Positions 1 to 9,315 of a DNA stretch of 32,045 bases are shown here, piece after piece; position 1 is the first letter of the stretch, and each line of letters begins with the position of its first letter. The translations under genes were made by a program, and so were the position numbers. Below the pieces are notes generated by a model. That model saw only the letters and a list, made by a program, of their open reading frames with translations, searched no databases and had not been told where the DNA came from. The stretch comes from a virus (lineage: Duplodnaviria > Caudoviricetes). The DNA lies in the IMG/VR virus record IMGVR_UViG_3300012808_000031, positions 1 to 32,045 of that record. One strand, 5' to 3'.

Positions 1-2016
1 ACCGCCACCACCACCACCGCCGCCAAAGTGGAAATTGGTGCCGACACCACCACGTCCGCCGCCGCCACCACCGCCGCCGCTCCAAATCCGCGAGCCGGGC
101 TGTAGATCGAGTATGAAGGGATGGCGGGCATAGATTGCCGGACCTCCGACGAGGCCTGGCGAGCCGCTGCCGTTTGCATTGCCGCCGCGCCCACCATCTG
201 CGCCACACCCCTGAATGGTGCCGCGCAAACGCACGGTGGGCACAAACCCACTGGGCCACAAACCAACGTCGATTGCCGGTGAAGAAGTCGACCTCGACCC
301 TACTGTCACGCCCGAGTTGATTACAAAGGTTACCGTGTCGCCTGGCGATAGCGGCGGGAACAGGCTGTCATGGATGGTGCGCAGGTTGAGATTGAAGGCG
401 CTGCCATCGACGATGATGACGCGATTGGTCAGGTCTTGTTCATCAAGGTCGACAAACCTTGCTTCCTCGCATTCGAGCCTTAGCCATGCATCATCGGAAC
501 GCACTGCTGAAGCCTGAACGGGGATCGTCTCGCGCTCGCCTGTGGGCAGTTGCAAATTCCACCATTCGAGGCGGAAGCCCTGCCCCAAGCTAACAACCGA
601 TCCCCGGAACACATCGAAGTTGAACTGGCGCGGCGCTCGGCTATAGCGACCGATCTGGATGCGGTTCAGACGGTCTGCAATGGTGCGTCCGAAGGCAGGA
701 ATCCACCTGGAATAGATGCGCTTGATCCGAGGCTGGTTCTCAACGTCGAAGTCGGTGGCGTCGAAGGCTTCGATGGAGCGATAGTTCTTCGGGTTATCCA
801 CGTCCTCAAGCGGATTGATCAGGCCGAAATAGGTCACGCAATTGGTGATGCGCTTTTCAGCCCGATCCCTGATGCGAATGGTCTTGCTGCCGATATTCTG
901 CTCGTTCCAAAGCCCGGCTTCCGTTCCGATGGAGCGCAACACCTGCAAGCGGATTTGGCGCGTCACATCGTCGGGTATTAGGGCAAGAGCGGCTTGCTCA
1001 GTCAGTTCGGCTGCCAGATCACGAACCGGCGTCGGCTCGGCAATCAGCGCCGTGTAAACGCGCCGCAGATAAGCCCCTGTCTCTTCCCGCCAGTCAGCAA
1101 TAGGAATTTGCGATGATGGAATGCTCGCATAGTTGGTGAAGAGGTCGTTCAGAATGTCTGCCGGATCAATGCCGAGATAATAGAGGCAGAGCTGGGCCCG
1201 ATCCTGCGCGCGATGCGCCACGGCCTGAGTCTCAAACCGCCCCCTAACGAGGGTTAGCGCATTGCCGGACCGGGTAAACTGAACGATCTCTTTGCCGCCA
1301 AGGGCGAGATAGCCGCTTGTCGGGTATTCAGCATTGCCAATGCCCGCAGGCGCCAGCGTTGCGGTTGTGGCCGACGCCGTGATGTCAGCGACCAGATAGC
1401 CAGAGCTGGTGCGTGGCGCCAATGCTCGGTCGCCATCTGCCAGCTTGAGCACGTCCTTGCCGGTAATGGTCACGCTACCATCTTCAGCAGTATCGAGCCC
1501 GTCGACCATGAGGTGACGAGTTTCCATGTCTGCAATGGCTTGGCCAACAACACCGCGGATCAGGCGGATATTGCGGCCATTGAGGATTGGATGGCGGGCA
1601 CGGAATTTGCCCCAGAACGAACCTGTCTTGGCCGGATCATAGAGGCGCTCAGAACGGTATTTGTCGAACCCCACGCCTGTGTCGCCATGTGGATGATCGC
1701 TGAACCGCACAGACAGCTTTGCGCGCGTTCCAAGGCTCTTCTCGCCAAGAGATATGCGGGCAGGCTCATAGTTCACGTCGAGGATCGACGGAATGGCCTC
1801 AATGCCGCTCTCGCCCAGATAGGCAGCGCCCTTGGTAAAGCGTAGCGTGACCATGCTTTCCGACAGATCAGCCCGCTTTGCGCATGTGGCGAAAGTGTTG
1901 AAGCACTTAATGTCGCTATCGACGCCAAGGACAGCCGTGCAGGCCCCTTCCCCATAGCGCAACGCGCAATAGGGAATGTCTATTTCGATGAAGGTGAGAG
2001 CGCGGTCAGTCTGCAT
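1..2016 (-). CDS. Tail hub/central tail protein with C-terminal gp38-like glycine-rich adhesin domain; 3'-partial and absent from the ORF track
   Basis: ATG at 2016 gives MQTDRALTFIEIDIPYCALRYGEGAC...; the same frame at 360..1 reads ...TFVINSGVTVGS...GTIQGCGADGGRGG...GGPAIY...IWSGGGGGGGG; follows the Dit-like gene; frame appears open to the window edge. Confidence 0.82.
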   Translation of the reverse strand, partial: MQTDRALTFIEIDIPYCALRYGEGACTAVLGVDSDIKCFNTFATCAKRADLSESMVTLRFTKGAAYLGESGIEAIPSILDVNYEPARISLGEKSLGTRAKLSVRFSDHPHGDTGVGFDKYRSERLYDPAKTGSFWGKFRARHPILNGRNIRLIRGVVGQAIADMETRHLMVDGLDTAEDGSVTITGKDVLKLADGDRALAPRTSSGYLVADITASATTATLAPAGIGNAEYPTSGYLALGGKEIVQFTRSGNALTLVRGRFETQAVAHRAQDRAQLCLYYLGIDPADILNDLFTNYASIPSSQIPIADWREETGAYLRRVYTALIAEPTPVRDLAAELTEQAALALIPDDVTRQIRLQVLRSIGTEAGLWNEQNIGSKTIRIRDRAEKRITNCVTYFGLINPLEDVDNPKNYRSIEAFDATDFDVENQPRIKRIYSRWIPAFGRTIADRLNRIQIGRYSRAPRQFNFDVFRGSVVSLGQGFRLEWWNLQLPTGERETIPVQASAVRSDDAWLRLECEEARFVDLDEQDLTNRVIIVDGSAFNLNLRTIHDSLFPPLSPGDTVTFVINSGVTVGSRSTSSPAIDVGLWPSGFVPTVRLRGTIQGCGADGGRGGNANGSGSPGLVGGPAIYARHPFILDLQPGSRIWSGGGGGGGGRGGVGTNFHFGGGGGGGG

Positions 2017-2027
2017 GGTGCACACAC

Positions 2028-2049
2028 AAAAAAGCCGCCCGAAGGCGGC
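2028..2049 (-). terminator. Intrinsic terminator-like hairpin
   Basis: GCCGCC-TTCG-GGCGGC followed by a T6 run on the - strand. Confidence 0.6.
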
Positions 2050-2073
2050 GGAGGTTATCGAGCGTCATGGCGA

Positions 2074-2883
2074 TCACCAGGTGATGCCGCCGTAATCCAG
2101 CGTGAGGTCAAAGAAGATACTGCCCATGCTCGGGCGCGGGTCGGCATTCAGCCAAGAGAACCCAACGTCCTCGGGCCGCGTTGCTGGCAACCAGGCAAAG
2201 AAGAATGGACCAGCCGTGCCACGAGCGACGAAGCCCTCCATTTGCTCATAATACCAGTCGATGGGCAGCATCTCGAACGACGCGCTTGTCTCCGCGCTTT
2301 GCCCGGTGATCAGCCGACCAAGAAAGTGCCCCGCCTCGGAAGTGCCATTGGCGATCTGTGACTGGCGCGCTTGATCTAGCGGGACATGACCTGCGCGAAT
2401 GCCATGCGGCATGACCAGCAGCTTGCCCACATAGAGCACTGCCGCAGAAGGCGCTGCGCTGCCCCCATTGATCGAAATGCGAACGCGGCTTGTGGTGACA
2501 GGCGCAAAGCGGAACAGGACCGGAGTATCATCGGCCAGCAGTTGAGGCGCGATCACCTCTTCCCAAGCCGTGCCTTCTCCATCCGCCACCTCGATTTCAA
2601 CGATGATCTCGGCATGTGTGGTGCCAAAGTTATGTCGGGCAAAGGCGACGGCATCGATCTCTTGGCCATCGACAGCAACCTCGATGGTCACAGGATCAGT
2701 GTTCGCTGCCCGCCAAACCTCGATGGTGGAATCGTTGGCAAGATTGGATGCCGGGTAATCCGAGGCCTCGGAGCTAACCGTGAGAGTGTCCCTGCTCACC
2801 AGCGAGTGCCAGAGAATGATCGGGGCATCGAGCCGCACCGATGGCGCGGCCCCGAGTATCAGTGATTGCGAGAGGACAATCAC
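2074..2883 (-). CDS. Distal tail (Dit-like) protein
   Basis: 269 aa, immediately downstream of tape measure with overlapping stop/start; beta-rich, YPASNL-type motif. Confidence 0.65.
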   Translation of the reverse strand: MIVLSQSLILGAAPSVRLDAPIILWHSLVSRDTLTVSSEASDYPASNLANDSTIEVWRAANTDPVTIEVAVDGQEIDAVAFARHNFGTTHAEIIVEIEVADGEGTAWEEVIAPQLLADDTPVLFRFAPVTTSRVRISINGGSAAPSAAVLYVGKLLVMPHGIRAGHVPLDQARQSQIANGTSEAGHFLGRLITGQSAETSASFEMLPIDWYYEQMEGFVARGTAGPFFFAWLPATRPEDVGFSWLNADPRPSMGSIFFDLTLDYGGITW

Positions 2884-5150
2884 GAGTTCACCGCAATTTT
2901 GAAGCTGCCCTGATCGACGCCATCATTAAGGCCATCGGTAAGCTGTTCGAGAAGGTCGCGGACCTCATCACGGCTATATCGACCAGAGCCGCCAAGTGTG
3001 ACGTTGAGCTGGACCGCGCGCTGAGCTTGGGCTTGGGTCTGCGATTGGGAGGAAGCGCTGCCAGACGGCCGCGAAACGCTACTGCTACCCTTCTGTGCTG
3101 AGAGGATCGTGGCAATCTGGGCCGCACCAGTCGCCGCAGCGACACCAGCAGCGGCAAAGCCCCACGGCGTAGGCCCATATGTGGCCATGGCCTTCATCAC
3201 TGCCTCGGCGGTTGAGACAACGGCATTTGCGATAGCAAAGGCTTTGTTGTCCTGGAACATTTGGGCCAGAGCACCTGTCATGCCGCTGGCAAGACCAAGC
3301 ACAGCCGAAGCCGCACCAGCATTGGCGCGGTAGGCCGCCTCGCCATACTGCTCCCATGAGATTTTGCCCTGCGCGAGCAAGTCATTCAGGTCGCGGATCT
3401 GATTTCCCGCCAGCGTCAGCGGATCAACGGCGGCAGCACCAAGCGCTCCGAGTGCATCGGTCATGCCCCAGATGTTGTCATTGGCGGCTTTTAGGTTGTC
3501 GTTGGCTGCGCCGACAGCGCCAGCAAGTCCCTGCCCCGAAGTGCCGGAACCATCACCAAGCTGACCAGCTAGTGCGCCTATTGCATCGCCTGCGCCTAAG
3601 GCGTTTTCCCAGAGCTTGCCGACCTCGCCTCCCAATTCCGTGACATAATCTTTCTGAGCATTTTTAAAAGCAGCGTCCGCCAAGGTGGCGACTTCTCCTG
3701 CCGCCCCCGCATTTGGATTCGCAACTCGGTCAAACTGAACCGGTGATACTGGCGTCCCGACCCCATCTGGGAGTGGGTGGCCTAGGTCATAGGCCTTCAG
3801 CCGGATGTCATTCATGAAGTTGTTGAGCTTGCCGATGATGTTGTTCAGCATCGACTCTACAGCGCTGATAAGACCATTCACCGCAGTAACAACAAGGTCA
3901 CCGATTGCACTTGGCAGCATCCCCCAAGTCGCTTTGATGGCCTCGTAGGCCCCAACGAAAGCGCCTATGGTGCCGTTGGCCGCATTCTTGACTACGTCCA
4001 GCATGTCGACCCCAAGCGCCTGCTTGATCTGGTCCCGGAACATGAAAGCGGCGGTCACAGCGGCAGCCAGACCGGCAATGAGCAGGCCGAGAGGGTTAGC
4101 CAGCATTGCCAGTGTTACGGCTTTAATGCCACCCGCTACGCCAGTCACCAGCGCGACCGAAGTTGCCCATAGGCCATTGATCATTGCAGGCGCATAAAAG
4201 CCCGCCACGGCTGCGACGGCGACCCCGGCCACAGAGGTGATTGTGCCCATATTCGCCGAAAGCATGTCGAAGGCAGGGCCAACAACGGCGCCGACGATGT
4301 TGCCAATGCGGATCAGGTTGTCGGCAGTACCGCGGAAGGCGATGGCCAGTTCGATGGAGGACGCGGCTAGCCGACCCGTTGCCTGCCATACCTGATCCAC
4401 CCGCCCAACCACTTCGGTAAAGACGTTGGTCCAGATCATTCCGGCATCGCGCAGGGTTGCATCCATTTCACCGGCCTCTGTGCGCAAATCTTCAAGCGAG
4501 TTGATCAGCGCATCCACAATCACCGAACCAGTCACCTTGCCTTGCTCAGCAAGGGAGCGGAGGCCGATGATGTTCGTATCCATTTGCTCCGCGATGGCTT
4601 CAAGCACACGGGGCGAACGCGATATGATGGTCTCGAACTCCATTGTGCGGAGCTTGTTATTCGAGATAGAGCGCGACAGCGCATTGAGCACCACATCCGC
4701 GTCCTGACCCTTCGTCGCTGTCGTCACCAAGGCGTGGTTCAGCGCTTCCGTGAAATCGGCAGCCTCGACAGCACTGCGCCCGAGCGCACCAAGGACTGTT
4801 ACATTCCGACCATAGATTTCATTGGTCTGCTGGAGCGGGGAATACGACGCATTGGCTATATCCGTGATGCGCTGCATGAGCGCTGGCGCGGCTTCCATGT
4901 TCTTGATCGCAGAGCCGACGCGGCTTTGCATGTCAGACCATGCGTCAGCATAGTTACCCAGCACAGTGATGCTGAGTGCGCCAGCTAGAGCAACGCCCAT
5001 TGCCGTGGCGGTGCGAACCAATGAGCCCGCGACACCTTCTGCCTTGCGCCCAGCCCCTTCAAAATCCTTGAGCCTGTCGGTTGCCACGACAACACCATCA
5101 GATCGAATGGAAAGGCCAAGGGATGCGATTTCGGTCATGGATTGCTCCAA
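2880..5150 (-). CDS. Tail tape measure protein
   Basis: 756 aa, Ala/Gly-rich helical protein; N-terminal tape_meas-like region; hydrophobic segment ANPLGLLIAGLAAAV; position in tail module (start may be 5138). Confidence 0.92.
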   Translation of the reverse strand: MEQSMTEIASLGLSIRSDGVVVATDRLKDFEGAGRKAEGVAGSLVRTATAMGVALAGALSITVLGNYADAWSDMQSRVGSAIKNMEAAPALMQRITDIANASYSPLQQTNEIYGRNVTVLGALGRSAVEAADFTEALNHALVTTATKGQDADVVLNALSRSISNNKLRTMEFETIISRSPRVLEAIAEQMDTNIIGLRSLAEQGKVTGSVIVDALINSLEDLRTEAGEMDATLRDAGMIWTNVFTEVVGRVDQVWQATGRLAASSIELAIAFRGTADNLIRIGNIVGAVVGPAFDMLSANMGTITSVAGVAVAAVAGFYAPAMINGLWATSVALVTGVAGGIKAVTLAMLANPLGLLIAGLAAAVTAAFMFRDQIKQALGVDMLDVVKNAANGTIGAFVGAYEAIKATWGMLPSAIGDLVVTAVNGLISAVESMLNNIIGKLNNFMNDIRLKAYDLGHPLPDGVGTPVSPVQFDRVANPNAGAAGEVATLADAAFKNAQKDYVTELGGEVGKLWENALGAGDAIGALAGQLGDGSGTSGQGLAGAVGAANDNLKAANDNIWGMTDALGALGAAAVDPLTLAGNQIRDLNDLLAQGKISWEQYGEAAYRANAGAASAVLGLASGMTGALAQMFQDNKAFAIANAVVSTAEAVMKAMATYGPTPWGFAAAGVAAATGAAQIATILSAQKGSSSVSRPSGSASSQSQTQAQAQRAVQLNVTLGGSGRYSRDEVRDLLEQLTDGLNDGVDQGSFKIAVNS

Positions 5151-5194
5151 TCATAGGGGTGCGTTAGCGTCCTCCCCCTCACAAGGAGGGATAG

Positions 5195-5605
5195 ATGCGG
5201 GCACTAGTTGCGGTATTGGTTTGCTCGGTTTTGATGAGTGGCAGCGCCAGCGCGCAGTCCACATGCAAGAGCGGGGCCGATTTCCTGAATGTAGAAGAAT
5301 GGTCCATCGAACCAATCGACAGTCAGTACAATTCGCTGTCGGTTACCCTCAGAAACACGGGAGCCAAAGACGTACGGATGGTCGACGGTAGTGTTGGCTT
5401 CATCGACGCCCTTGGGGGCAACATTGCCAGTTATACAATTGATCGCGATGCCGAGCTGCCGGCTGGTGAGCTTTACTCACAAACAGGCCGATGGGGGCCA
5501 CATACGTTTGAACGACTGCTTAAACTGCGGCCGGAAGAAGTGACTGCTTGGGCTTGTGTTCGTTCCGCCGTTTACGATGACGGAACAGTAGAGAAGTTCG
5601 AGTAG
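5195..5605 (+). CDS. Secreted/periplasmic accessory protein
   Basis: Signal peptide ending ...SASA; GGAGG RBS; opposite orientation to the tail operon. Confidence 0.75.
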   Translation: MRALVAVLVCSVLMSGSASAQSTCKSGADFLNVEEWSIEPIDSQYNSLSVTLRNTGAKDVRMVDGSVGFIDALGGNIASYTIDRDAELPAGELYSQTGRWGPHTFERLLKLRPEEVTAWACVRSAVYDDGTVEKFE

Positions 5606-5629
5606 ATAGAAGCCTTTGGGGGGGCAACA

Positions 5630-5911
5630 ATGAACCGCTTTATCTTTGACGCGCTGACGTTTTTAAATGGCTTGCTGGCCATCATCACAATCGGAGCCTG
5701 CACATTCGTCGGGTATAACACCCCGCTCATGGCTTCCGCTCGACCGGTCGGAGCTTTGCTCGGACTGGGAACGGGCATCGTTACCGCATCTCTACTCTGC
5801 GGCGCGATTGCCTTCATGGCGCTGATAGAACAGCATATGCGAGCGATTGCAGAAGCAAAGGCCTCTGTGGTGCCGCATCAGCCATCAGCGCGTCGAGAAC
5901 CATCCCTGTAG
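5630..5911 (+). CDS. Small two-TM membrane protein (accessory)
   Basis: Two hydrophobic helices; G-rich RBS; followed by a terminator. Confidence 0.7.
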   Translation: MNRFIFDALTFLNGLLAIITIGACTFVGYNTPLMASARPVGALLGLGTGIVTASLLCGAIAFMALIEQHMRAIAEAKASVVPHQPSARREPSL

Positions 5912-5932
5912 TCGAGCGCCGAGCCTCAATAG

Positions 5933-5955
5933 AAAAGGCGGCTCGAAAGCCGCCT
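5933..5955. terminator. Terminator between convergent genes
   Basis: AGGCGGCT-CGAA-AGCCGCCT hairpin preceded by an A run. Confidence 0.65.
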
Positions 5956-5988
5956 GAAACTGCGTAGTAGCGCCCCGTTGACGACCGC

Positions 5989-6930
5989 TTAGTCGTCAGC
6001 GAAGAGAGCCCTCTGCGTCGAAGCGGAAGGCGGCACTATTCCAAGAACCTTTTCCACCTCGTGCTCAACCCCGGAAAGCGCGCCATCCGCATTTCTTTGA
6101 TAGGTCAAATGAACCCGGGCACGCATTTCGGTTCCGGGAACGATGCCTTTTTCCTCGCCCCGGTGAAATCCAGCCATCCATTCAGTGTCGTTGATAGTGG
6201 CGTTTATGGTCTGCTTTCCGTGCTTGAATTCCCATTTGGACTTGCCAATCAAATCTGGTTTTCTGATGAGCAACAGCATTTCAGCGTAGCCACCGTCATC
6301 GTCTGAGACTTCGGGTTCTTTGTCGCTCAAGTCGATCTTTTCAGCAAAGGCTGTGTCCACTTGGACTTCCGGATGGTCCTCACCCTTAATCGTAACCTTT
6401 TCCCCATTTTGCAGACGAGATTTTGCGAGTTGAATGTCGTTCATCGGCTTTTCAAGCGCCGGGAGATCGATTTGACCTGGGAACATTGCGCTAGAAGGGA
6501 CTTCTCGCGCCAGTGCCTGCAAATCCTCTTTGAGTTGCTCCCTGCGCCGCTTATCCTCGCGGCGCTTGATGTCGTCCAGAAACTCTATGACTTTGTACTT
6601 CGCTTTAACCAAATAGACGCCGATAGCCTTTTTTACATCCATCGACTCGATGGCTTTGTCGTCCGCCTTGGTCAGAACATTGCGCACCCAGGCCGTTATC
6701 GATGCCGCCTCTATGTCTTCGATAACGGTCATCGGGTTCGCGCTAGGCTCAATGATACCGATCAACTGCCGGTCAATTTCGGAGAACCCCCGAAGCATGT
6801 CAGTCATTGCGGCGAAGACCTGCACGGGATCTGATTTCCCGCGTACAAAATCAATCTTCACACCAAAATGAGCGTCTTCTGGCCTCATGGGCAGTTCATC
6901 CGTGTATCTAATCCCCAATATTTGGATCAT
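5989..6930 (-). CDS. Uncharacterised accessory protein of about 300 aa (start uncertain, 6930 or 6888)
   Basis: Long ORF that looks more AT-rich than its flanks; protein-like composition; no recognised catalytic motif. Confidence 0.75.
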   Translation of the reverse strand: MIQILGIRYTDELPMRPEDAHFGVKIDFVRGKSDPVQVFAAMTDMLRGFSEIDRQLIGIIEPSANPMTVIEDIEAASITAWVRNVLTKADDKAIESMDVKKAIGVYLVKAKYKVIEFLDDIKRREDKRRREQLKEDLQALAREVPSSAMFPGQIDLPALEKPMNDIQLAKSRLQNGEKVTIKGEDHPEVQVDTAFAEKIDLSDKEPEVSDDDGGYAEMLLLIRKPDLIGKSKWEFKHGKQTINATINDTEWMAGFHRGEEKGIVPGTEMRARVHLTYQRNADGALSGVEHEVEKVLGIVPPSASTQRALFADD

Positions 6931-6991
6931 TACACAGGACTTTCTTTCAAAACGGTAAGAGCGCCCATCGGGCGCTCCATGCGTTTGTTGG

Positions 6992-7303
6992 TTAGGCCGC
7001 GTCGAGCACACGACCAAGGATCACACAGGATTTTGCGACCCACCGCGTCATGCCAGAACCATCGCGCTTGTCGTAAAGCCCGCTCCGGTGCCCGAACCAG
7101 AATTTATCCTCACTGAAACGGGCGTGTTCCAGACCAATGGAACCGTCGAAGCGGACGACGGCGGCAAGCACAGTCCCGTCGAGTTCGTAATCCGCAGTGT
7201 CCACCAGAACGATCTGGCCGTCTATTGAGAAGGCCGCTGCGTTTTGCTGAACAGGGTCGGGACGGCGCTTCGGAGCCGACCTGAGTGCAAGAGCGCCCAT
7301 CAT
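6992..7303 (-). CDS. Hypothetical protein coupled to the antirepressor gene
   Basis: ATGA overlap with the antirepressor stop at 7300-7303; ends ...CVILGRVLDAA. Confidence 0.6.
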   Translation of the reverse strand: MMGALALRSAPKRRPDPVQQNAAAFSIDGQIVLVDTADYELDGTVLAAVVRFDGSIGLEHARFSEDKFWFGHRSGLYDKRDGSGMTRWVAKSCVILGRVLDAA

Positions 7304-8043
7304 GCCACCTTTGCCATGTGATTGCGCAACGCAGTTGTAACCGCAGGTTCTGCTACCTTCGGGAAGGCTTTTGCCAGAACCGTCAGGCCCTTCGGCGTGA
7401 CGCGAACCTGCGTGCCAATCCACTCCGTACCATCAGGGCGCGGGCCGGTCGTGACCTTATGTTCCAAATATCCAGCGTTGATCTTCGACTGGTAGGCGAT
7501 ATCGTCCTTCGCCCCCGCCCTGCGATACGTCCACATGTGCGTGCGCATCCACTTGCAGAGAACATGAGGCGGAACGCCAAGGTGCTTGGCGGCTTCTGTG
7601 CGGTTCATGCTGCCGTGGGCCTCGGCAAGCTGCTCGAACGCCTCGACGGCTGGGAGCATTTCTTCTACCCGGTGCTCAAGGTCGATGACCCTCTCAGTAT
7701 AGGTCAGAAGAATGTTACGCATTGCAGCAGGATCGTTCAGGGCTGCCATCGGATCGACGTTGCGAGCTTCCAATTCGTCCAGCCGGTCGATGACCTTCTT
7801 GCGAAGCGGGATGCTATAGCCTGTGACGAGGGTCATGGTCAGGTCGCGGGGCAAATCATACAGCGGCAGCGCCTTTCCGTTTTCCCCGATATAGGAGCCC
7901 TCAAAATTGAGGGCTGGCAATTCCAGCGCGTCGAACATGGCCTTTGTGTCGCGCATGACATTGTCGTGGCGCTTGCCCACCAGCTCCGCAATCTCGCGGG
8001 TGGTCATGGTGGCGGGCTTCGTGATATTAATCAGATCAGTCAT
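7300..8043 (-). CDS. Phage antirepressor: Rha-like N-domain plus ANT/KilAC C-domain
   Basis: MTTREIAELVGKRHDNVMRD (Rha-like); C-terminal AAKHLG...GYLEHK...QVRVTPKGL (ANT); AAGGAG RBS before 8043. Confidence 0.88.
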   Translation of the reverse strand: MTDLINITKPATMTTREIAELVGKRHDNVMRDTKAMFDALELPALNFEGSYIGENGKALPLYDLPRDLTMTLVTGYSIPLRKKVIDRLDELEARNVDPMAALNDPAAMRNILLTYTERVIDLEHRVEEMLPAVEAFEQLAEAHGSMNRTEAAKHLGVPPHVLCKWMRTHMWTYRRAGAKDDIAYQSKINAGYLEHKVTTGPRPDGTEWIGTQVRVTPKGLTVLAKAFPKVAEPAVTTALRNHMAKVA

Positions 8044-8124
8044 CTGAGGCTCCTTGTAAGCCTTGGTTGGCAGATGGGGCCGCCTTGCAGGGCGGCTTTG
8101 TCGTGTGCAGCGGGGCAATGGTTC

Positions 8125-8283
8125 CTAAGCCGCCCGCCCCGCTGCTTCCTGATCACGGCGGAGAGCCTGGATGATCAGCGTATTTTGTGAGGCATTCTCC
8201 CGCCTCGACTTTTTTTCCAGCCAGAGCTTGAGGTCTGCCGGGAGGCGAAGCGTCAGCTTTGGCATTTCGTCACTCGGATACAT
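8125..8283 (-). CDS. Arc-family ribbon-helix-helix regulator
   Basis: PKLTLRLPADLKLWLEKKSRRENASQNTLIIQAL matches the Arc/RHH pattern. Confidence 0.8.
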   Translation of the reverse strand: MYPSDEMPKLTLRLPADLKLWLEKKSRRENASQNTLIIQALRRDQEAAGRAA

Positions 8284-8293
8284 GATGCCCTTC

Positions 8294-8359
8294 CAATGGG
8301 TGCAACTTACCCTCATGAACGTAGTAGCAACTTGACTTGATGTCAAGTTGCACCCATTG
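8294..8359. promoter_or_regulatory. Divergent promoter/operator region between two Arc-like genes
   Basis: 15-bp inverted repeat (8294-8308 / 8345-8359), 10-bp inverted repeat (8327-8336 / 8342-8351), and TTGACA-N17-TACGTT on the - strand (8346-8318). Confidence 0.72.
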
Positions 8360-8393
8360 ATTTTTTGAGTGCCACTCGCACTTAGTTGCCGCC

Positions 8394-8651
8394 ATGAGCG
8401 AAGATGTCCACAAATACCCCAGCCAGATGGCTGATCGGTTTCAGGTTCGAATGTCCGAGGGGTTGCGGGAGCGTATCCGGCTGGCCGCTGAATTGAATAG
8501 CCGGAGCATGAACAGTGAAATCGTAGCGGCTCTTGAAGAAAGATACCCTGCCTCTGATCCGCTGCGAGAAGCTGAGATTTTGCTTAGGGCGATGTCGCCA
8601 GAAGACCGAGAGCGAGCCGTGGCCATCCTTCGGGGTCTGGTTCACTACTGA
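8394..8651 (+). CDS. Arc/Mnt-family DNA-binding protein
   Basis: ADRFQVRMSEGLRERIRLAAELNSRSMNSEIVAALE is a canonical Arc signature. Confidence 0.9.
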   Translation: MSEDVHKYPSQMADRFQVRMSEGLRERIRLAAELNSRSMNSEIVAALEERYPASDPLREAEILLRAMSPEDRERAVAILRGLVHY

Positions 8652-8812
8652 CCACGGCTACCTCTCCTCTTCTAAGGAAGACAGAACTACAGCCTAGTGA
8701 CGCTGGAAGCCCCTTTCGCACCACTTCCGGTAGGAAAAACGTACGCCCCGCGGACTCGACTCTTTGCCGATGCTTTGGTTTTCTGCCCTCCGACAATTGG
8801 GAGGGCATCATA

Positions 8813-9268
8813 ATGAACGAGTTAATATTTCCAGTTTTTTGGAAAGACGATCAGGGGAAGATTGACTCACGGACTTTTGCTCACCCTTTCATCGCCGTTG
8901 AAGTTTCCGCCCCCGGTCTGCGCAAATGGCAGAGCGCAGATGTCATGATTGATACCGGCTTATCTCGCACATCGTTTTCACCTGGCATTTTATCGCTTTG
9001 CGGCGCCACTGCTCACGGAACGGTTCAGCTAAGCGGTAGTCAGGGCGCCCAAGATTTTTCGACATTCCGTTTGGAATTGCGTTTTCCATCATTTCCGTTG
9101 GGGATCATTGCAACAGAGGGCGCTTCAATGGACCACCCTCTTGGAAATACGGGCGCGGGAGGCCTCTTGGGCATGGATGTTCTCCGTCTGGGGAGACTTG
9201 TAATCGACCCCACCGGCGATAGCTTCTTTTCACTGAAACCACCAACCCAGACCCGCCCGGTAAACTGA
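8813..9268 (+). CDS. Retropepsin-like (clan AA) aspartic protease
   Basis: VMIDTG catalytic motif and C-terminal GLLGMDVL motif; single-domain size of 151 aa. Confidence 0.8.
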   Translation: MNELIFPVFWKDDQGKIDSRTFAHPFIAVEVSAPGLRKWQSADVMIDTGLSRTSFSPGILSLCGATAHGTVQLSGSQGAQDFSTFRLELRFPSFPLGIIATEGASMDHPLGNTGAGGLLGMDVLRLGRLVIDPTGDSFFSLKPPTQTRPVN

Positions 9269-9315
9269 GGTATTGCCCCACCGTAATCGGGCGCACAGCA
9301 TTCCTTCTCATTGCC

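Noticed and set aside
1-80. (CCG/CCA)n repeat as a microsatellite or array
   Set aside because: Explained by polyglycine codons of the tail adhesin on the - strand
135-1955. Short ORFs in the track across 1-2 kb
   Set aside because: They are shadows of the long - strand tail gene starting at 2016, which the track omits because it has no stop in the window
7285-8190. 301-aa + strand ORF
   Set aside because: Antisense to the clear antirepressor gene; no motifs; typical GC-rich shadow ORF
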